From Chiloscyllium plagiosum (lineage: Eukaryota), in the NCBI RefSeq assembly GCF_004010195.1, contig NC_057718.1, positions 96,580,230 through 96,644,229 of the forward strand: 64,000 nt of DNA, read 5' to 3'. The notes beneath the pieces are model-generated. The model saw nothing but the letters and a program-made list of their open reading frames with translations, had not been told where the DNA came from and ran no database searches. Position numbers and translations under genes: made by a program. The first letter of the stretch is position 1. Each line of letters begins with the position of its first letter. Below are positions 1 through 12,045 of this stretch, piece after piece.

Positions 1-170
1 ACCTGCACATCTTTGGACTGTGGGAGGAAACCGAAGCACCCGGAGGAAACCCACGCAGACACAGGGAGAATGTGCAAACTCCACACAGTCAGTCGCCTGA
101 GTCAGGAATTGAACCCGGGTCTCTGGCGCTGCGAGGCAGCAGTGCTAACCACTGTGCCACCGTGCCACCC
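1..170 (-). mobile_element. HE1-type V-SINE (5' part, tRNA-derived head)
   Basis: Minus strand reads GGGTGGCACGGTGGCACAGTGGTTAGCACTGCTGCCTC..GGGTTCAATTCC (A/B boxes) followed by the V-domain GTGTGGAGTTTGCACATTCTCCC. Confidence 0.9.
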
Positions 171-190
171 ACGGTGTCATTGTTTTTACC

Positions 191-1185
191 TGGGCAATTT
201 AGCATGACCAATCCACTAGCCTGCATATCCCTGCACACTATTGGCAATTTAACATGACCAATCCACCCTAACCTGCACATCTGGACACTATGGGAAAGTT
301 AGCATGACAATCTACCCTAACCTGCACATCCCTGGACACAATGGTCAATTTAACATGACCAATCCACACTAATCTGCACATCCCTGGACACAATGGGCAA
401 TTTAGCATGACCAATCCACTAGCCTGCACATCCCTGCACACTGTTGGCAATTTAACATGACCAATCCACCTTAACCTGCACATCCCTGGACACTATGGGC
501 AAGTTAGCATGACCAATCCACCCGAGCCTGCACATCGCTGGACAGTGTGGGCAAGTTAGCATGACCAATCCACCCTAACCTGCACATCCCTGGACACAAT
601 GGGCAAATTAGCATGACCAATCACCCTAACCTGTACATCGGGACACTATGGGAAAGTTAGCATGACAACCTAGGTAAAAACAATGATTGCAGATGCTGGA
701 AACCAGATTCTGGATCAGTGGTGCTGGAAGAGCACAGCAATTCAGGCAGCATCCGAAGACAGGCAAAATCGATGTTTCAGGCAAAAGCCCTGTGAGATGA
801 AGGGCTTTTGCCCGAAACATCGATTTTGCCTGTCCTCGGATGCTGCCTGAATTGCTGTGCTCTTCCAGCACCACTGATCCAGAATCTGGTTTCCAGCATC
901 TGCAGCCATTGTTTTTACCCAATTTAACATGACCAATCCACTCTAACCTGCACATCTCTGGACACAATGGGCAAATTAGCATGACCAATCCACTAGCCTG
1001 CACATCCCTGCACACTATTGGCAATTTAATATGACCAATCCACCCGAGCATTTAATATGACCAATCCACCCGAGCCTGCACATCGCTGGACAGTATGGGC
1101 AATTTAGCATGGCCAATCCACCCTAACCTGCACATCTAGACACTATGGGAAAGTTAGCATGACAATCTACCCTAACCTGCACATC
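191..1185. repeat. Tandem satellite, ~51-52 bp unit derived from HE1 SINE internal repeat
   Basis: Unit GGGCAATTTAGCATGACCAATCCACCCTAACCTGCACATCCCTGGACACTAT recurs at ~51-52 bp spacing; interrupted at 673-919; runs into N gap. Confidence 0.9.
673..919. mobile_element. Fold-back Penelope-like terminal-repeat element with hammerhead-like core
   Basis: 119-bp inverted arms 673-791/801-919 with ~4 mismatches; centre GATGAA-GGGC-TTTT-GCCC-GAAACATC. Confidence 0.8.
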
Positions 1186-1685
1186 NNNNNNNNNNNNNNN
1201 NNNNNNNNNNNNNNNNNNNNNNNNNNNNNNNNNNNNNNNNNNNNNNNNNNNNNNNNNNNNNNNNNNNNNNNNNNNNNNNNNNNNNNNNNNNNNNNNNNNN
1301 NNNNNNNNNNNNNNNNNNNNNNNNNNNNNNNNNNNNNNNNNNNNNNNNNNNNNNNNNNNNNNNNNNNNNNNNNNNNNNNNNNNNNNNNNNNNNNNNNNNN
1401 NNNNNNNNNNNNNNNNNNNNNNNNNNNNNNNNNNNNNNNNNNNNNNNNNNNNNNNNNNNNNNNNNNNNNNNNNNNNNNNNNNNNNNNNNNNNNNNNNNNN
1501 NNNNNNNNNNNNNNNNNNNNNNNNNNNNNNNNNNNNNNNNNNNNNNNNNNNNNNNNNNNNNNNNNNNNNNNNNNNNNNNNNNNNNNNNNNNNNNNNNNNN
1601 NNNNNNNNNNNNNNNNNNNNNNNNNNNNNNNNNNNNNNNNNNNNNNNNNNNNNNNNNNNNNNNNNNNNNNNNNNNNNNNNNNNNN
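1186..1685. other. Assembly gap (500 N)
   Basis: Run of N. Confidence 1.
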
Positions 1686-1729
1686 AAATTCAAGAATGTG
1701 TTCTTACCGTTCCAAGCTTATTCAGTGAA

Positions 1730-1951
1730 TGTTGTGGACGAGCTGGTGTTGGACTGGGGTGGACAAAGTTAAAAATCACACAACACCAGGGTATAGTCCG
1801 ACAGATTTACGTGGAAACACTAGGTTTTGGAGCACTGCTCCTCCATCAGATTGAACCTGTACATCATTCTGATGAAGGAGAGATGCTCTAAAAACGATTA
1901 CTTTCAAATACACCTGTTGGTCTATAACCTGGTGGTGTGTGATTTTTAACT
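1730..1951. mobile_element. Fold-back Penelope-like terminal-repeat element (family 2)
   Basis: Inverted arms ~1765-1850/1868-1953; CTGATGAAGGAG at 1869; flanked by TTATTCAG(T/A)GAA duplication at 1718/1952. Confidence 0.75.
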
Positions 1952-1974
1952 TTATTCAGAGAAGGAATTGTAGT

Positions 1975-2400
1975 GAGCCAGGCAAGGAGATCCAAGAAAA
2001 GTGACCTAAAGCTTGGTCAAAGGGGTAAGTTTTAAGGAACATCTTAAAAGGAAAGAGAGTGGTAAGAGAGTTTAAGGAGGGAGTCCTGTGGAGGACATGA
2101 TGTTTAGATGTCTGAAGATAGAGACGCCACAGGATAGAATGAAGGACGTTGGTGATGCTCTGAAGTTAAGAAATGGAGGAATGGAAGGGTCTCGGATGGT
2201 TGTGGGACTGGAAGGTGCCAAACAGTCAACCCTCAGGAAAATGAGGGAGGGATGCCTTGGCATGGGGGACAGTAGGAGGCAGTCTAGAGCACACTCCAAG
2301 AACAGTGTGGCAGTGGGGTTGGGGATGGTGGCTGGCTGTCCAGACTAGAGGAATGGGAGATGCATGGGTGAGGGTGTGGGAGGGAGATGTGGCAATGGGG
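1975..2400 (-). mobile_element. Degenerate L2-type LINE fragment
   Basis: Resembles reverse-strand L2 3' region (AAAGCTTGGTCAAAG..GTTTTAAGG..AGAGAG..); boundaries approximate. Confidence 0.5.
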
Positions 2401-3063
2401 AATTGGTCACAACTAAGAGGGAGAGGGAGAGAGCGGTACTGCTCCGACTGTTGGTGCAAGCCAACTGGAGGTCAGGTCAATGCACGTGTGCAGACATGTA
2501 GTGGGCATGCATTAAGGAGCATTTTAACAGATTGACGAGAATCTGCATTACCTGCTGTGCTTTTCCAGGACCACTCTAATGTTGATTCCATTATCTGCAG
2601 ACTTCACTTTCACCACAGTGTACAGAGAGTCAGGGGCACTGTGAAACAGTCTGGGAGGCAGTGTACAGATAGTCAGGGCCACTGTGAAACAGTCTGGGAG
2701 GCAGTGTACATAGAGTCAGGGGCACTGTGAAACAGTCTGGGAGGCACTGTACAGCTCGTCAGGGGCACTGTGAAACAGTCTGGGAGCAGTGTACAGAGGG
2801 TCAGGGGCACTGTGAAACAGTCTGAGCTGTGCACAGAGAGTCAGGGGCACTGTGAAACAGTCTGGGAGCAGTGTAGAGAGTCAGGGGCACTGTGAAACAG
2901 TCTGGGAGCAGTGTACAGAGAGTGAGGGGCATTGTGAAACAGTCTGGGAGGCAGTGTACAGAGAGTCAGGGGCACTGTGAAACAGACTGGGAGCAGTGCC
3001 CCTGACTCTCTGTTCACTGCTCCCAGACTGTTTCATAGTGCCCCTGACTATCTCTACACTGCT

Positions 3064-3147
3064 GAAAATGTGTTGCTGGTAAAGCGCAGCAGGTCAGGCA
3101 GCATCCAGGGAACAGGAGAATCGACGTTTCGGGCATAAGCCCTTCTT
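3064..3147 (-). mobile_element. 84-bp Penelope-like terminal fragment inserted in satellite
   Basis: Minus strand GAAGAA-GGGC-TTAT-GCCC-GAAACGTC; flanked by 16-bp direct repeat CTATCTCTACACTGCT (3048-3063, 3148-3163). Confidence 0.8.
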
Positions 3148-3889
3148 CTATCTCTACACTGCTCCCAGACTGTTTCACAGTGCCCCTCACTCTCTGTACA
3201 CTGCTCCCAGACTGTTTCACAGTGCCCCTGACTCTCTGTACACTGGTCCCAGACTGTTTCACAGTGCCCCTGACTATCTGTACACTGCCTCTCAGTCTGT
3301 TTCACAGTGCCCCTGACGAGCTGTACACTCTCCGTACACAACTTCCAGACTGTTTCACTGTGTCCCTGACTCTCTGTACACTGCTCCCAGACTGTTTCAC
3401 AATGCCCCTGACTATCTGTACACTGCCTCTCAGTCTGTTTCACAGTGCCCCGACTCTCTGTACACTGCTACCAGACTGTTTCATAGTGCCCCTGACTATC
3501 TCTGCACTGCTCCCAGACTGTTTCACAGTGCCCCTCACTCTCTGTATACTGCCTCCCAAACTGTTTCACAGTGCCCCTGACTATTTCTACACTGCTCCCA
3601 GACTGTTTCACAGTGCCCCTCACTCTCTGTACACTGCTCCCAGACTGTTTCACAGTGCCCCTCACTCTCTGTATACTGCCTCCCAAACTGTTTCACAGTG
3701 CCCCTGACTATCTCTACACTGCCTCTCAGTCTGTTTCACAGTGCCCCTGACGAGCTGTACACTCTCCGTACACAACTTCCAGACTGTTTCACTGTGTCCC
3801 TGACTCTCTGTACACTGCTCCCAGACTGTTTCACAATGCCCCTGACTATCTGTACACTGCCTCTCAGTCTGTTTCACAGTGCCCCTGAC

Positions 3890-4046
3890 NNNNNNNNNNN
3901 NNNNNNNNNNNNNNNNNNNNNNNNNNNNNNNNNNNNNNNNNNNNNNNNNNNNNNNNNNNNNNNNNNNNNNNNNNNNNNNNNNNNNNNNNNNNNNNNNNNN
4001 NNNNNNNNNNNNNNNNNNNNNNNNNNNNNNNNNNNNNNNNNNNNNN
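3890..4046. other. Assembly gap (157 N)
   Basis: Run of N. Confidence 1.
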
Positions 4047-4332
4047 CTGTTTCACGGTGCCCCGACTCTCTGTACACTGCTCCCAGACTGTTTCACAGTG
4101 CCCCTCACTCTCCGTACACAACTTTCAGACTGTTTCACTGTGCCCCTGACTCTCTGTACACAGCTCCCAGACTGTTTCACAGTGTCCCTGACTATCTGTA
4201 CACTGCCTCTCAGTCTGTTTCACAGTTCCCCTGACTCTCTGTACACTGCTCCCAGACTGTTTCACAGTGCCCCTGACTCTCTGTACACTGCTCCCAGACT
4301 GTTTCACAGTGCCCCTGACTATCTGTACACTG

Positions 4333-4542
4333 ATTAGATTAGATTAGATTACTTACAGTGTGGAAACAGGCCCTTTGGCCCAACAAGTCCACACCGACCC
4401 GCCGAAGCGCAACCCACCAATACCACTACATTTACCCCTTCACCTAACACTACGAGCAATTTAGCCTGGCCAATTCACCTAACCTGCACATCTTTGGACT
4501 GTGGGAGGAAACCAGAGCACCCGGTGGAAACCCACACAGACA
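4333..4542 (-). mobile_element. 5'-truncated HE1 SINE inside satellite
   Basis: (TAGAT)n tail, ACAGTGTGGAAACAGGCCC CR1-derived 3' end, V-domain. Confidence 0.9.
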
Positions 4543-5602
4543 CTGCCTACCAGACTGTTTCACAGTGCCCCTCACTCTCTGTACACTGTTCCCGGACTGT
4601 TTCACAATTCCCCTGACTCTCTCTACACTGCAGTGTACAGAGAGTCAGGGGCACTGTGAAACAGTCTGGGAGCAGTGTACAGAGAGTCAGGGGCACGGAA
4701 ACAGTCTGGGAGCAGTGTACAGAGAGTCAGGGATACTGAAACAGTCTGCGAGCAGTGTAGAGGGAGTCAGGGGCACTGTGAAACAGTCTGGGAGCAGTGT
4801 ACAGAGAGTCGGGGCACTGTGAAACAGTCTGGGAGGCAGTGTACAGAGAGTCAGGGGCATTGTGAAACAGACTGGGAGCTGTGTACAGAGAGTGTGGGGC
4901 ACTGTGAAACAGACTGGGAGGCTGTGTACAGAGATTCGGAGCACTGTGAAACAGACTGGGAGCAGTGTATAGAGAGTCGGGGCACTGTGAAACAGACTGG
5001 GAGGCAGTGTACAGAGAGTGAGGGGCACTGTGAAACAGTCTGGGAGGCAGTGTACAGAGAGTGAGGGGTACTGTGAAACAGTCTGGGAGGCAGTGTGCTG
5101 CAGTCAGTGCCAATGTGAAGGTGACGGGGCGAGATAGAGGAGGAGCTTGTGTTTCTGATACTTGGCTTCCAACCTGGCTGGGTCTCGTGCTGTGTTCTCC
5201 ACTGACACACCCTCTCCGTAACTCCTTGTCCATGAGGATCTCTGATCCCAATCCGCAAACCAGTCTGCCACTTTACCCTTATCAACCACGGCTGGAGTAC
5301 ATGCCTCCAATCAACTAGGGCAGCTTTGGACTGCCAACACTTGACTATGTGTGCACAACGGCTTTATTAACATGGCAGTGGTTCCAGGGGCCCTGAAATA
5401 CCCCAGCAGTAACAAGAACTTCCAGTTGTGGTGAGTGGGAGAATCGGGCTTGTGTTGGACAAGTAGGGCACCAAAACGTCATGGTAGGTCATTGATGAGG
5501 CATATTTGGGAAGGCCATGTGAGAAAACCCACAAAGTGTTACGGAACAAAACCTGTCATGACACTTGACAAAATGCCGTTTTGTCGATTTCTGGTAAATT
5601 AC

Positions 5603-5770
5603 GGAGCAATTTAGCATGGCCAATACGACAGAACCAGAGCACCAAGAGGAAACCCACACAGACATTGGGAAGAATGTGCAAACTCCACACAGACAGTTGC
5701 CCGAGACTGGAATCAAACCCGGGACCCTGGCGCTGTGAGGCAGCAGTGCTCACCACTGAGCCACCATGCT
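5603..5770 (-). mobile_element. HE1 SINE fragment
   Basis: tRNA-like head and V-domain similar to 1-170. Confidence 0.85.
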
Positions 5771-5838
5771 TTCCTACACCATTCCCCCTACTTCCAAACA
5801 TAAAAATATGCAACCAGACCAGAGTTTACATTGCATTT

Positions 5839-6410
5839 TATTATGGACCAGGCCAGACCCCCTCAAAATGTTTTAAGAAGGTAGCCCAGACCCTAACTTT
5901 TTCTTATTTTAAAGGCAGATGTGACGTGGATATTTCAGGTGTGGTGCAGCTGGTCAAACCACTCAGCTTTAACCAAAGCAGAATTTATTTAAACACTGCA
6001 GTTGAAACATGAACAAAAGAAATCGGAATTTAGAAAAATTTAACGACTGGGAAACATAACTAATCCAATACAGCAACTACTACTAATTAACTGTTTGAAT
6101 CCAGTAACATCCCGTAAACACACCCCTTGGCAAAAAGGAAAATTCAAACACTGATTCTTACAGGCAGGAGGGAACAACATCCAGAGAGAGATTTCTGACA
6201 AAGTCAGAGGAATTCTTTACTGAAGCTTGCAACTCTCCTGGGCTCTCACCTCTTATGACTGCTCTAGCTAAAAGCAAACGAGAAAAAAGCTGAGCTGGGA
6301 GAACTGACCACTCCCCTTCCATTGTTATACTCAACCCTTCGGCCTTAATTACCTCTCTTCAAAAAACTCCAAGGACAAGATAACCTTTTTAAAGTGGCAG
6401 CATTGTCACA
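5839..6410 (-). mobile_element. Solo LTR (~570 bp), probably Gypsy-type
   Basis: TA(TG-like)...TGTCACA ends, 4-bp ATTT duplication at 5835-5838/6411-6414; homologous inverted copy at ~51066-52003. Confidence 0.65.
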
Positions 6411-7184
6411 ATTTTTACTTAATTTCAATTCTGGAGGTTCAGCTAAGGGAAATCTCAGACAATTCTCTAAAAGGGTACAATCATTGATTCCCATAGTCTG
6501 TAAGAAGACATTGTAATAACAATTCATGTCTCATTGCTATAGGAAACTTCAAATATTGTGAGGTGGTGTGGAATGTTCTTGATGCAGGAGGCTGAGAATG
6601 GGTAAATCCTCCACAAGTAAAAAATAAGTCAAATGTTTGCTTGCACAGGTATGTGTTGCTGCTGTAATGTTGCATTGATACTTACTCTCTGTATAGATGT
6701 GTATCTATTTCATCACTGTGGGCTAATGTTCCCAGTGTGGCAAGCTGACAATGGAACAGTGTGAAGGACATTCTTGGGGGATACTCAAAGGATTCCATTC
6801 TCCAAGCCTGAGCAAATAAAGTCATGGAGGTTCTACAGTGCAGGAAAAGGCTCTCCGGCCCATTGAGTCCATGTTGGTCATAGACAACCACTGAACTATT
6901 CTTGCCCCATTTTCCAGCAATTGACGTTGTATGCCTTGGCACAATAAAATGACTTATTTTTGAAAAATATCTCAGATATTCAAAGTCACATGAGACCCAA
7001 AAAGCAAGAGTCATGGAATCCTAGCACAGGAGGAGGCTAACAGTCCAGTCTCGTTATCCCCATGACCCTGCAAGTTCATTTCTCTCAAGTGTCTCTCCAT
7101 TTTCCTTTTGAAATCATTCATTGTCCCCATTCCCACACTCTTGCAGGAAACCAGTTTGGGGATATTTTCACTTGTTATGTTTTT

Positions 7185-8025
7185 TTTCTGATTCATTCAT
7201 CTGATGGGGGCATTGTTCTACAGGCTTAGCATTTATTACCCATGCCTAATTACCCATTACCACAGACTGGAACCACATGCAGACCAGACCGGGTAAAGAC
7301 AGTAAATTACCTTCTCTAAAGGAATAGGCTGGGGCTATTTTCCTTGGAGCGTTGGAGGCTGAGGTGTGATCTTATAGAGGTTTATAAAATCATGAGGGGC
7401 ATGGATTGGGAAAACAGACAAGGTCTTTTCCCTGCAGTGAGGGAATATAAAACTAGAGGGAATAAGTTTAAGGTTTTAGGGGAAAGATTCAGAAAGGATC
7501 TAAGGGGCAACATTTTCACACAGAGGATGTTGTGTGTATGGAATGAGCTGCCAGAGGAAGTGGTAGAGGCTGGTACAATTAAAAGGCATTTGGATGGGTA
7601 TATGAATAGGAAGGGTTTAGAGGGATATGGGTCAAATGCTGGCAAATTGGACTAGATTAGGTTGGGATATCTGGTCAGCATGGATAAGTTGGACCAAAGG
7701 GTCTGTTTCCATGCTGTACATCTCTTTGAGTCTGTGACATCAGTGTACCAGATAGAATTTTACAACAATTGACATTGTTTACATGGTCACTGTAAGGTTT
7801 TTAATTCCAGAGCATTTTTTTGTATATTGAATTCCAATTTGATAATCTGCCTTGGCAGAATTCACAACCACCTGATGATAGAGCCACACTTGAAAGCTAC
7901 TGATTCCAAATAAACCTGGTGTTGTGTGATTTTTAACTTTGTCCAGCCCAGTCCAACGCCGAGACGTCCAAATCAAAAAAGAACATGGGGTCGTGTTGAG
8001 ATCCAATTCGAATATGTCTCCAGGG
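7185..8025 (-). mobile_element. tRNA-derived SINE family 2, interrupted by CR1 (7323-7735) and Penelope-like end (7862-7975)
   Basis: Reverse-complement similarity to the full copy at 27769-28115 on both sides of the insertions. Confidence 0.6.
7323..7735 (+). mobile_element. CR1 (HER1-like) LINE 3' fragment
   Basis: ORF2 C-terminus RLRCDLIEVYKIMRG..FTQR..WNELPEEVVEAGTI and 3' UTR AAGGGTCTGTTTCCATGCTGTA. Confidence 0.9.
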
Positions 8026-8044
8026 AGAAGAGAAAAAACTTTCA

Positions 8045-8430
8045 TTCATGTAGGGCCTCTCACAACCATCCAGTGCATCGTCCAGCCAATATAGTACTTT
8101 TTTTGTAGTGCAGTTGTATGGTTGGAAACGCAGTGCCAATTGTCACAGAAAAAAGTACTCAAACCACTGTGCAATGACGATCAAGCAATCTGTTTCTCGT
8201 GATGTTGATTGAAGGATAAATTATTGATACCCAAGTTAACTGTACTAATAGTCTTCAACCTTTCCCTCCATCCAAGCTAGCAAATGGTTTTACACTTCAT
8301 CTAAAAGACAGTGCAGTCCTCCCTCAACACTGCACTGGAACATTAGTCCTCATGTTAGTGTTTAAACTGAGGGGAGAGTCTGGAACCCAGAGACGTGAGG
8401 TTCAATGGCCGTGCTATCAACTGAACCCCA
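8045..8430 (-). mobile_element. Degenerate Deu-domain SINE (SacSINE1-like)
   Basis: CAGCCAAT..AGTACTTTT..GGAAACGCAG..GTGATGTTGATTGAAGGATAAAT..GACAGTGCAG..CTCCCTCA..ACTGCACTGG matches my recollection of the reverse DeuSINE body. Confidence 0.55.
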
Positions 8431-8585
8431 ATAACCAAAATAATGAGAATAAACTTAAGAAAGAAAACATTACACATTAAAGAGAAGCAAATTTCAGAGC
8501 TTCAGCACCTATCAGTAATCAGTAGCATCAGTGATTAAATATTACACCAAATGAGGCAGAATATTCCCAGAAACTATTGAGTCCT

Positions 8586-8722
8586 AGCAAGTTTTGAGAA
8601 GATTTGTAGCTTAGGTTAAGGTTCTGAAGCTTCATCCGGAGGTTCACTGAAGATGTTACCTAGTATGGTGACAAAATGTCTGAAAATGAACCTTCCAGCT
8701 CTGCGAGCAAACTTACATCCAG
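8586..8722 (+). mobile_element. Penelope-like terminal element (family 3) with hammerhead-like core
   Basis: TTCA-CTGAAGA-T-GTTACC-TAGTAT-GGTGAC-AAAA-TGTC-TGAA; 14-bp direct repeat AACTATTGAGTCCT at 8572/8723; homologous to the end of the element at 11584-12045. Confidence 0.75.
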
Positions 8723-10119
8723 AACTATTGAGTCCTTTTGCGTCATATGTTAGATGCTGCACAGGAATAAGAGACTATCCATCGAGCCTCAGTGTGTCTG
8801 TTGTCTCAAAGAGGAGGCTAGGCTGGAGGAGCTTCTCACAAGTATAATGCTGAGGCAGCAAATATCCCACTGTTAAAGCAATAGTGGACTCTTCCCAAGT
8901 TTGACTGACAGAACCTGGTCGATGTCCCCTCCAGCAATTTGTGGATATTTTGTGGATTCGGAGTCTACAGCAAAGGCAAAATACTGTGGTTGGTGGAACT
9001 CTGAATTCAAGAAACAAAAATGCTGTAAATACCCTGGAGAGATTTCCAGTGAAGCTGGTCGGCATTCTTCAAACTGAGCGCGTCTTTCTATTTCCAAAGA
9101 TGTTTGCCAAATTGTCTGAGCATTTCTAGAAATTTCTGTTTCAGTTTTAATACTCAATTGTCGTCCATCTTTAACGATATGCAGAAAAATGGAAGCTGTC
9201 AGTCAAGACTGTTGCCTTTGCCATCCATTTAATTACTGAATTGTCAAATTTTATTCCATTCAGTGATTTAAGAACCTGCTTGATTTTAAGCTGATAGTAT
9301 CGAGAATGCCAAGACACAATGACAGCTTGTGGGGAGTAAGTGTCAGTCCAGTAATGGAGACAGGAGGACAGAGCAAGTGGGATTTTGACAGCGCCCTGGC
9401 AAAGATTCACAGGAATATGACGCATTTTGGGCCTGAACTAAACAAGATCAGAAAAGCCACTAACAACAACACGTTAAAAAGCTGTTGAAGCATCTAATTC
9501 TGGCTGGCAATTAGCAGTTGTGGTCAACCATCAATAGCTACAGGAGCCCAAGACACTAATTCCATGTCCACAAAGTTGTCAGTACTACTTCAGTCATGGC
9601 TCCATTTTAAATAAATGTCTATTCACTGATCTTGGTAACCTCTTGATTTCTGACTTGCAGATCTGCTTCACACCCATCCATCAATTTGTGGATAATTTGT
9701 GGATTGAGACGATTGTGCAGAGTCTAAAGCAAATTTTTGAACCCACATTAAATATTGGGCTTATTTTTTCAGATTTTTAAAAAATGAAATTGAACATAAA
9801 TAATTCAGGCAAGTGCCGACAAAATACATTGATTTTGGTATATACGTGGGTCTGGAGGGCAAATCAGCCTGAAATTATAGGCCTTCTGTTTTTTCTAATA
9901 GGTTTTTATTGTATCATTCTATGATTTTTCATTTCTCAAACATTTTCTGTTGTGTCATTTACAAATCCAGTGTCAACTATCTAACTAAATTCAAAATGTT
10001 TTAACTTCAAATTGATAAGTATTAGTTAGTTCCATGTATCACCAAGAAGAATAAGCATTGCATTAAATATCATTAGCAACCTTAAAGGTGCAAATTATTA
10101 CCATGGTGGGGGAAGGGGC

Positions 10120-11540
10120 TTATAAACATATTAAGAACAAAAGGGTAACTAGGGAGCAAATAGGGCCCCTCAAAGATCAGCAAGGTGACCTTTGTGTGGA
10201 ACCACAGGAGATGGGAGAGATATTAAACGAGTATTTTGAATCAGTGTTTACTGTGGAGAAGGACATGAAAGATACAGAATGTGGCGAATTAGATGGAGAC
10301 ATCTTGAAAAATGTCCACATTACAGAGGAGGAAGTGCCAGATCTCTTGAAACACATAAAGATGGATAAATCCCCAGGACCTGATCAGGTGTAGCTTCGAA
10401 CACTGTGGGAAGCTAGGAAGGTGATTGTTGGGTCTTTTGCTGAGATATTTGTATCATCGATAGTCATAGGTGAGGTGCCAGAAGACTGGAGGTTGGCTAA
10501 CGTGGTACCATTATTTAAGAAAGGTGGTAAGGACAAGTCAGGGAAAGATAGACCAGTGAGCCTGACATCAGTGATGGGCAAGTTGTTGGCGGGAATGCTG
10601 AGGGACAGGATGTACATGTATTTGGAAAGGCAAGGACTGATTAGGAATAGTCAATATGACTTTGTGCGTGGGAAATCATGTCTCACGAATTTGATTGAGT
10701 TTTTTGAAAAAGTAACAGAGGATTGATGAGGGCAGAGCAGTGGGCGTGATCTATTTCAGTTAGGCATTTGACAAGGTTCCCCATGGGAGACTGGTTAACA
10801 AGGTTAGATCTCATGGAATACAGAGAGAACTAGCAATTTGGATATAGAACTGGCTCAAAGGTAGAAGACAGAGGGTGGTGGTGGAAGGTTGTTTTTCAGA
10901 CTGGAGGCCTGTGACCAGTGGAGTGCCACAAGGATTGGTGCTGGGTCCTCTACTTTTCGTCATTTATATAAATGATTTGAATGTGAACACAGGAGGTAGA
11001 GTTAGTAAGTTTGTAGATGACACCAAAATTGGAAGTGTAGTGGACAGTGAAGAAGGTTACCTCAGAAAACAATGGGATCTTGACCAGATGGGCCATTGGG
11101 CTGAGGAATGGCAGATTGAGTTTAATTTAGATAAATGTGGGGTGCTGCATTTTGGGAAAGCAAATTTTAGCAGGACTTAGAACATAGAACATAGAAAAAT
11201 ACAGCGCAGTACAGGCCCTTTGGCCCTCAATGTTGCGCCGATCCAAGCCCACCTAACCTACACTAGTCCACTATCCTCCATATGCCTATCCAATGCCCGT
11301 TTAAATGCCCATAAAGAGGGAGAATCCACCACTGCTACTGGCAGGGCATTCCATGAACTCACGACTCGCTGAGTAAAGAATCTACCCCTAACATCTGTCC
11401 TATACCTACCACCCCTTAATTTAAAGCTATGCCCCCTCGTAATAGCTGAGTCCTAAACCTATACACTTAATGGTAATGTTCTAGGGAGTGTTGCTGAACA
11501 AAGCGACCTTGGAGTGCAGGTTCATAGCTCCTTGAAAGTA
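10120..11540 (+). mobile_element. CR1 LINE ORF2 (reverse transcriptase) fragment, disrupted
   Basis: VPEDWRLANVVPLFKKG..RPVSLTSVMGKLL, SGVPQGLVLGPLLFVIYINDL, FVDDTKIG; stops and frameshifts. Confidence 0.95.
11178..11455 (-). mobile_element. Antisense CR1 3' fragment nested in CR1
   Basis: (AACATAG)n tail and reverse CR1 3' sequence; host resumes at TATACACTTAATGG. Confidence 0.85.
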
Positions 11541-11583
11541 TTTTGTAAATGAGGTTAGTTTTGCTTGTTGTCTGTATAGGGTC

Positions 11584-12045
11584 AAAATACCTCGCAAGAG
11601 CTGTAACAAACATTACATTGGACAAACAGGCTGAAAACTAGCCACTAAGATACATGAACGTCAATTAGCCACAAAAAGTCATGACCCAGTCTCGCTCATT
11701 ACCTTACATACAGATGAGGAAGGACACAACTTCGACTGGGACAAGTCAAAAAGAGGTATGCACAAGAATTCCTAGAAGCATGGCATTTCAACCGGAACCC
11801 TATCAACAAACACATTGACTTGGATCCCATTTACCACCCTCTGAGAAAAAGAGCAGGAAATGACATCACCACAGGAAATGACATGACCACCCAAAATGCC
11901 AACACAAGGAAACCTAAACGCGTAAGTAGAAAGCAGGCCATGCTACCAGTACTTCATCCAGAGGCTCAATAATGATATTAACTAGTATGGTGACGAAATG
12001 TCAGAAAATGAAGCTTCCAGCTCAGCGAGCAAACCTATATCCAGA
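11584..12045 (+). mobile_element. Penelope-like element 3' part (GIY-YIG endonuclease remnant + terminal repeat)
   Basis: Translates KIPRKSCNKHYIGQTG*KLATKIHERQLATK..HTDEEGHNFDWD..EFLEAWH..INKHIDLDPIY; ends with decayed family-3 hammerhead. Confidence 0.85.

Larger units (their letters stand above)
2616..5097. repeat. Tandem satellite, 42-43 bp unit, with internal inversion
   Basis: Unit CAGTGTACAGAGAGTCAGGGGCACTGTGAAACAGTCTGGGAG (translates CTESQGHCETVWEQ, 14 aa); forward 2616-2997, reverse ~2995-4630, forward 4631-5097. Confidence 0.95.

Noticed and set aside
1159..1728. 189-aa and 173-aa ORFs
   Set aside because: Artefacts of the N gap
191..5097. CRISPR-like arrays
   Set aside because: Units are contiguous tandem repeats with no unique spacers; eukaryotic context and no cas genes
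3014..5318. Long Cys/Thr-rich ORFs
   Set aside because: Translations of the 42-bp satellite in multiple frames and both strands; no coding signature
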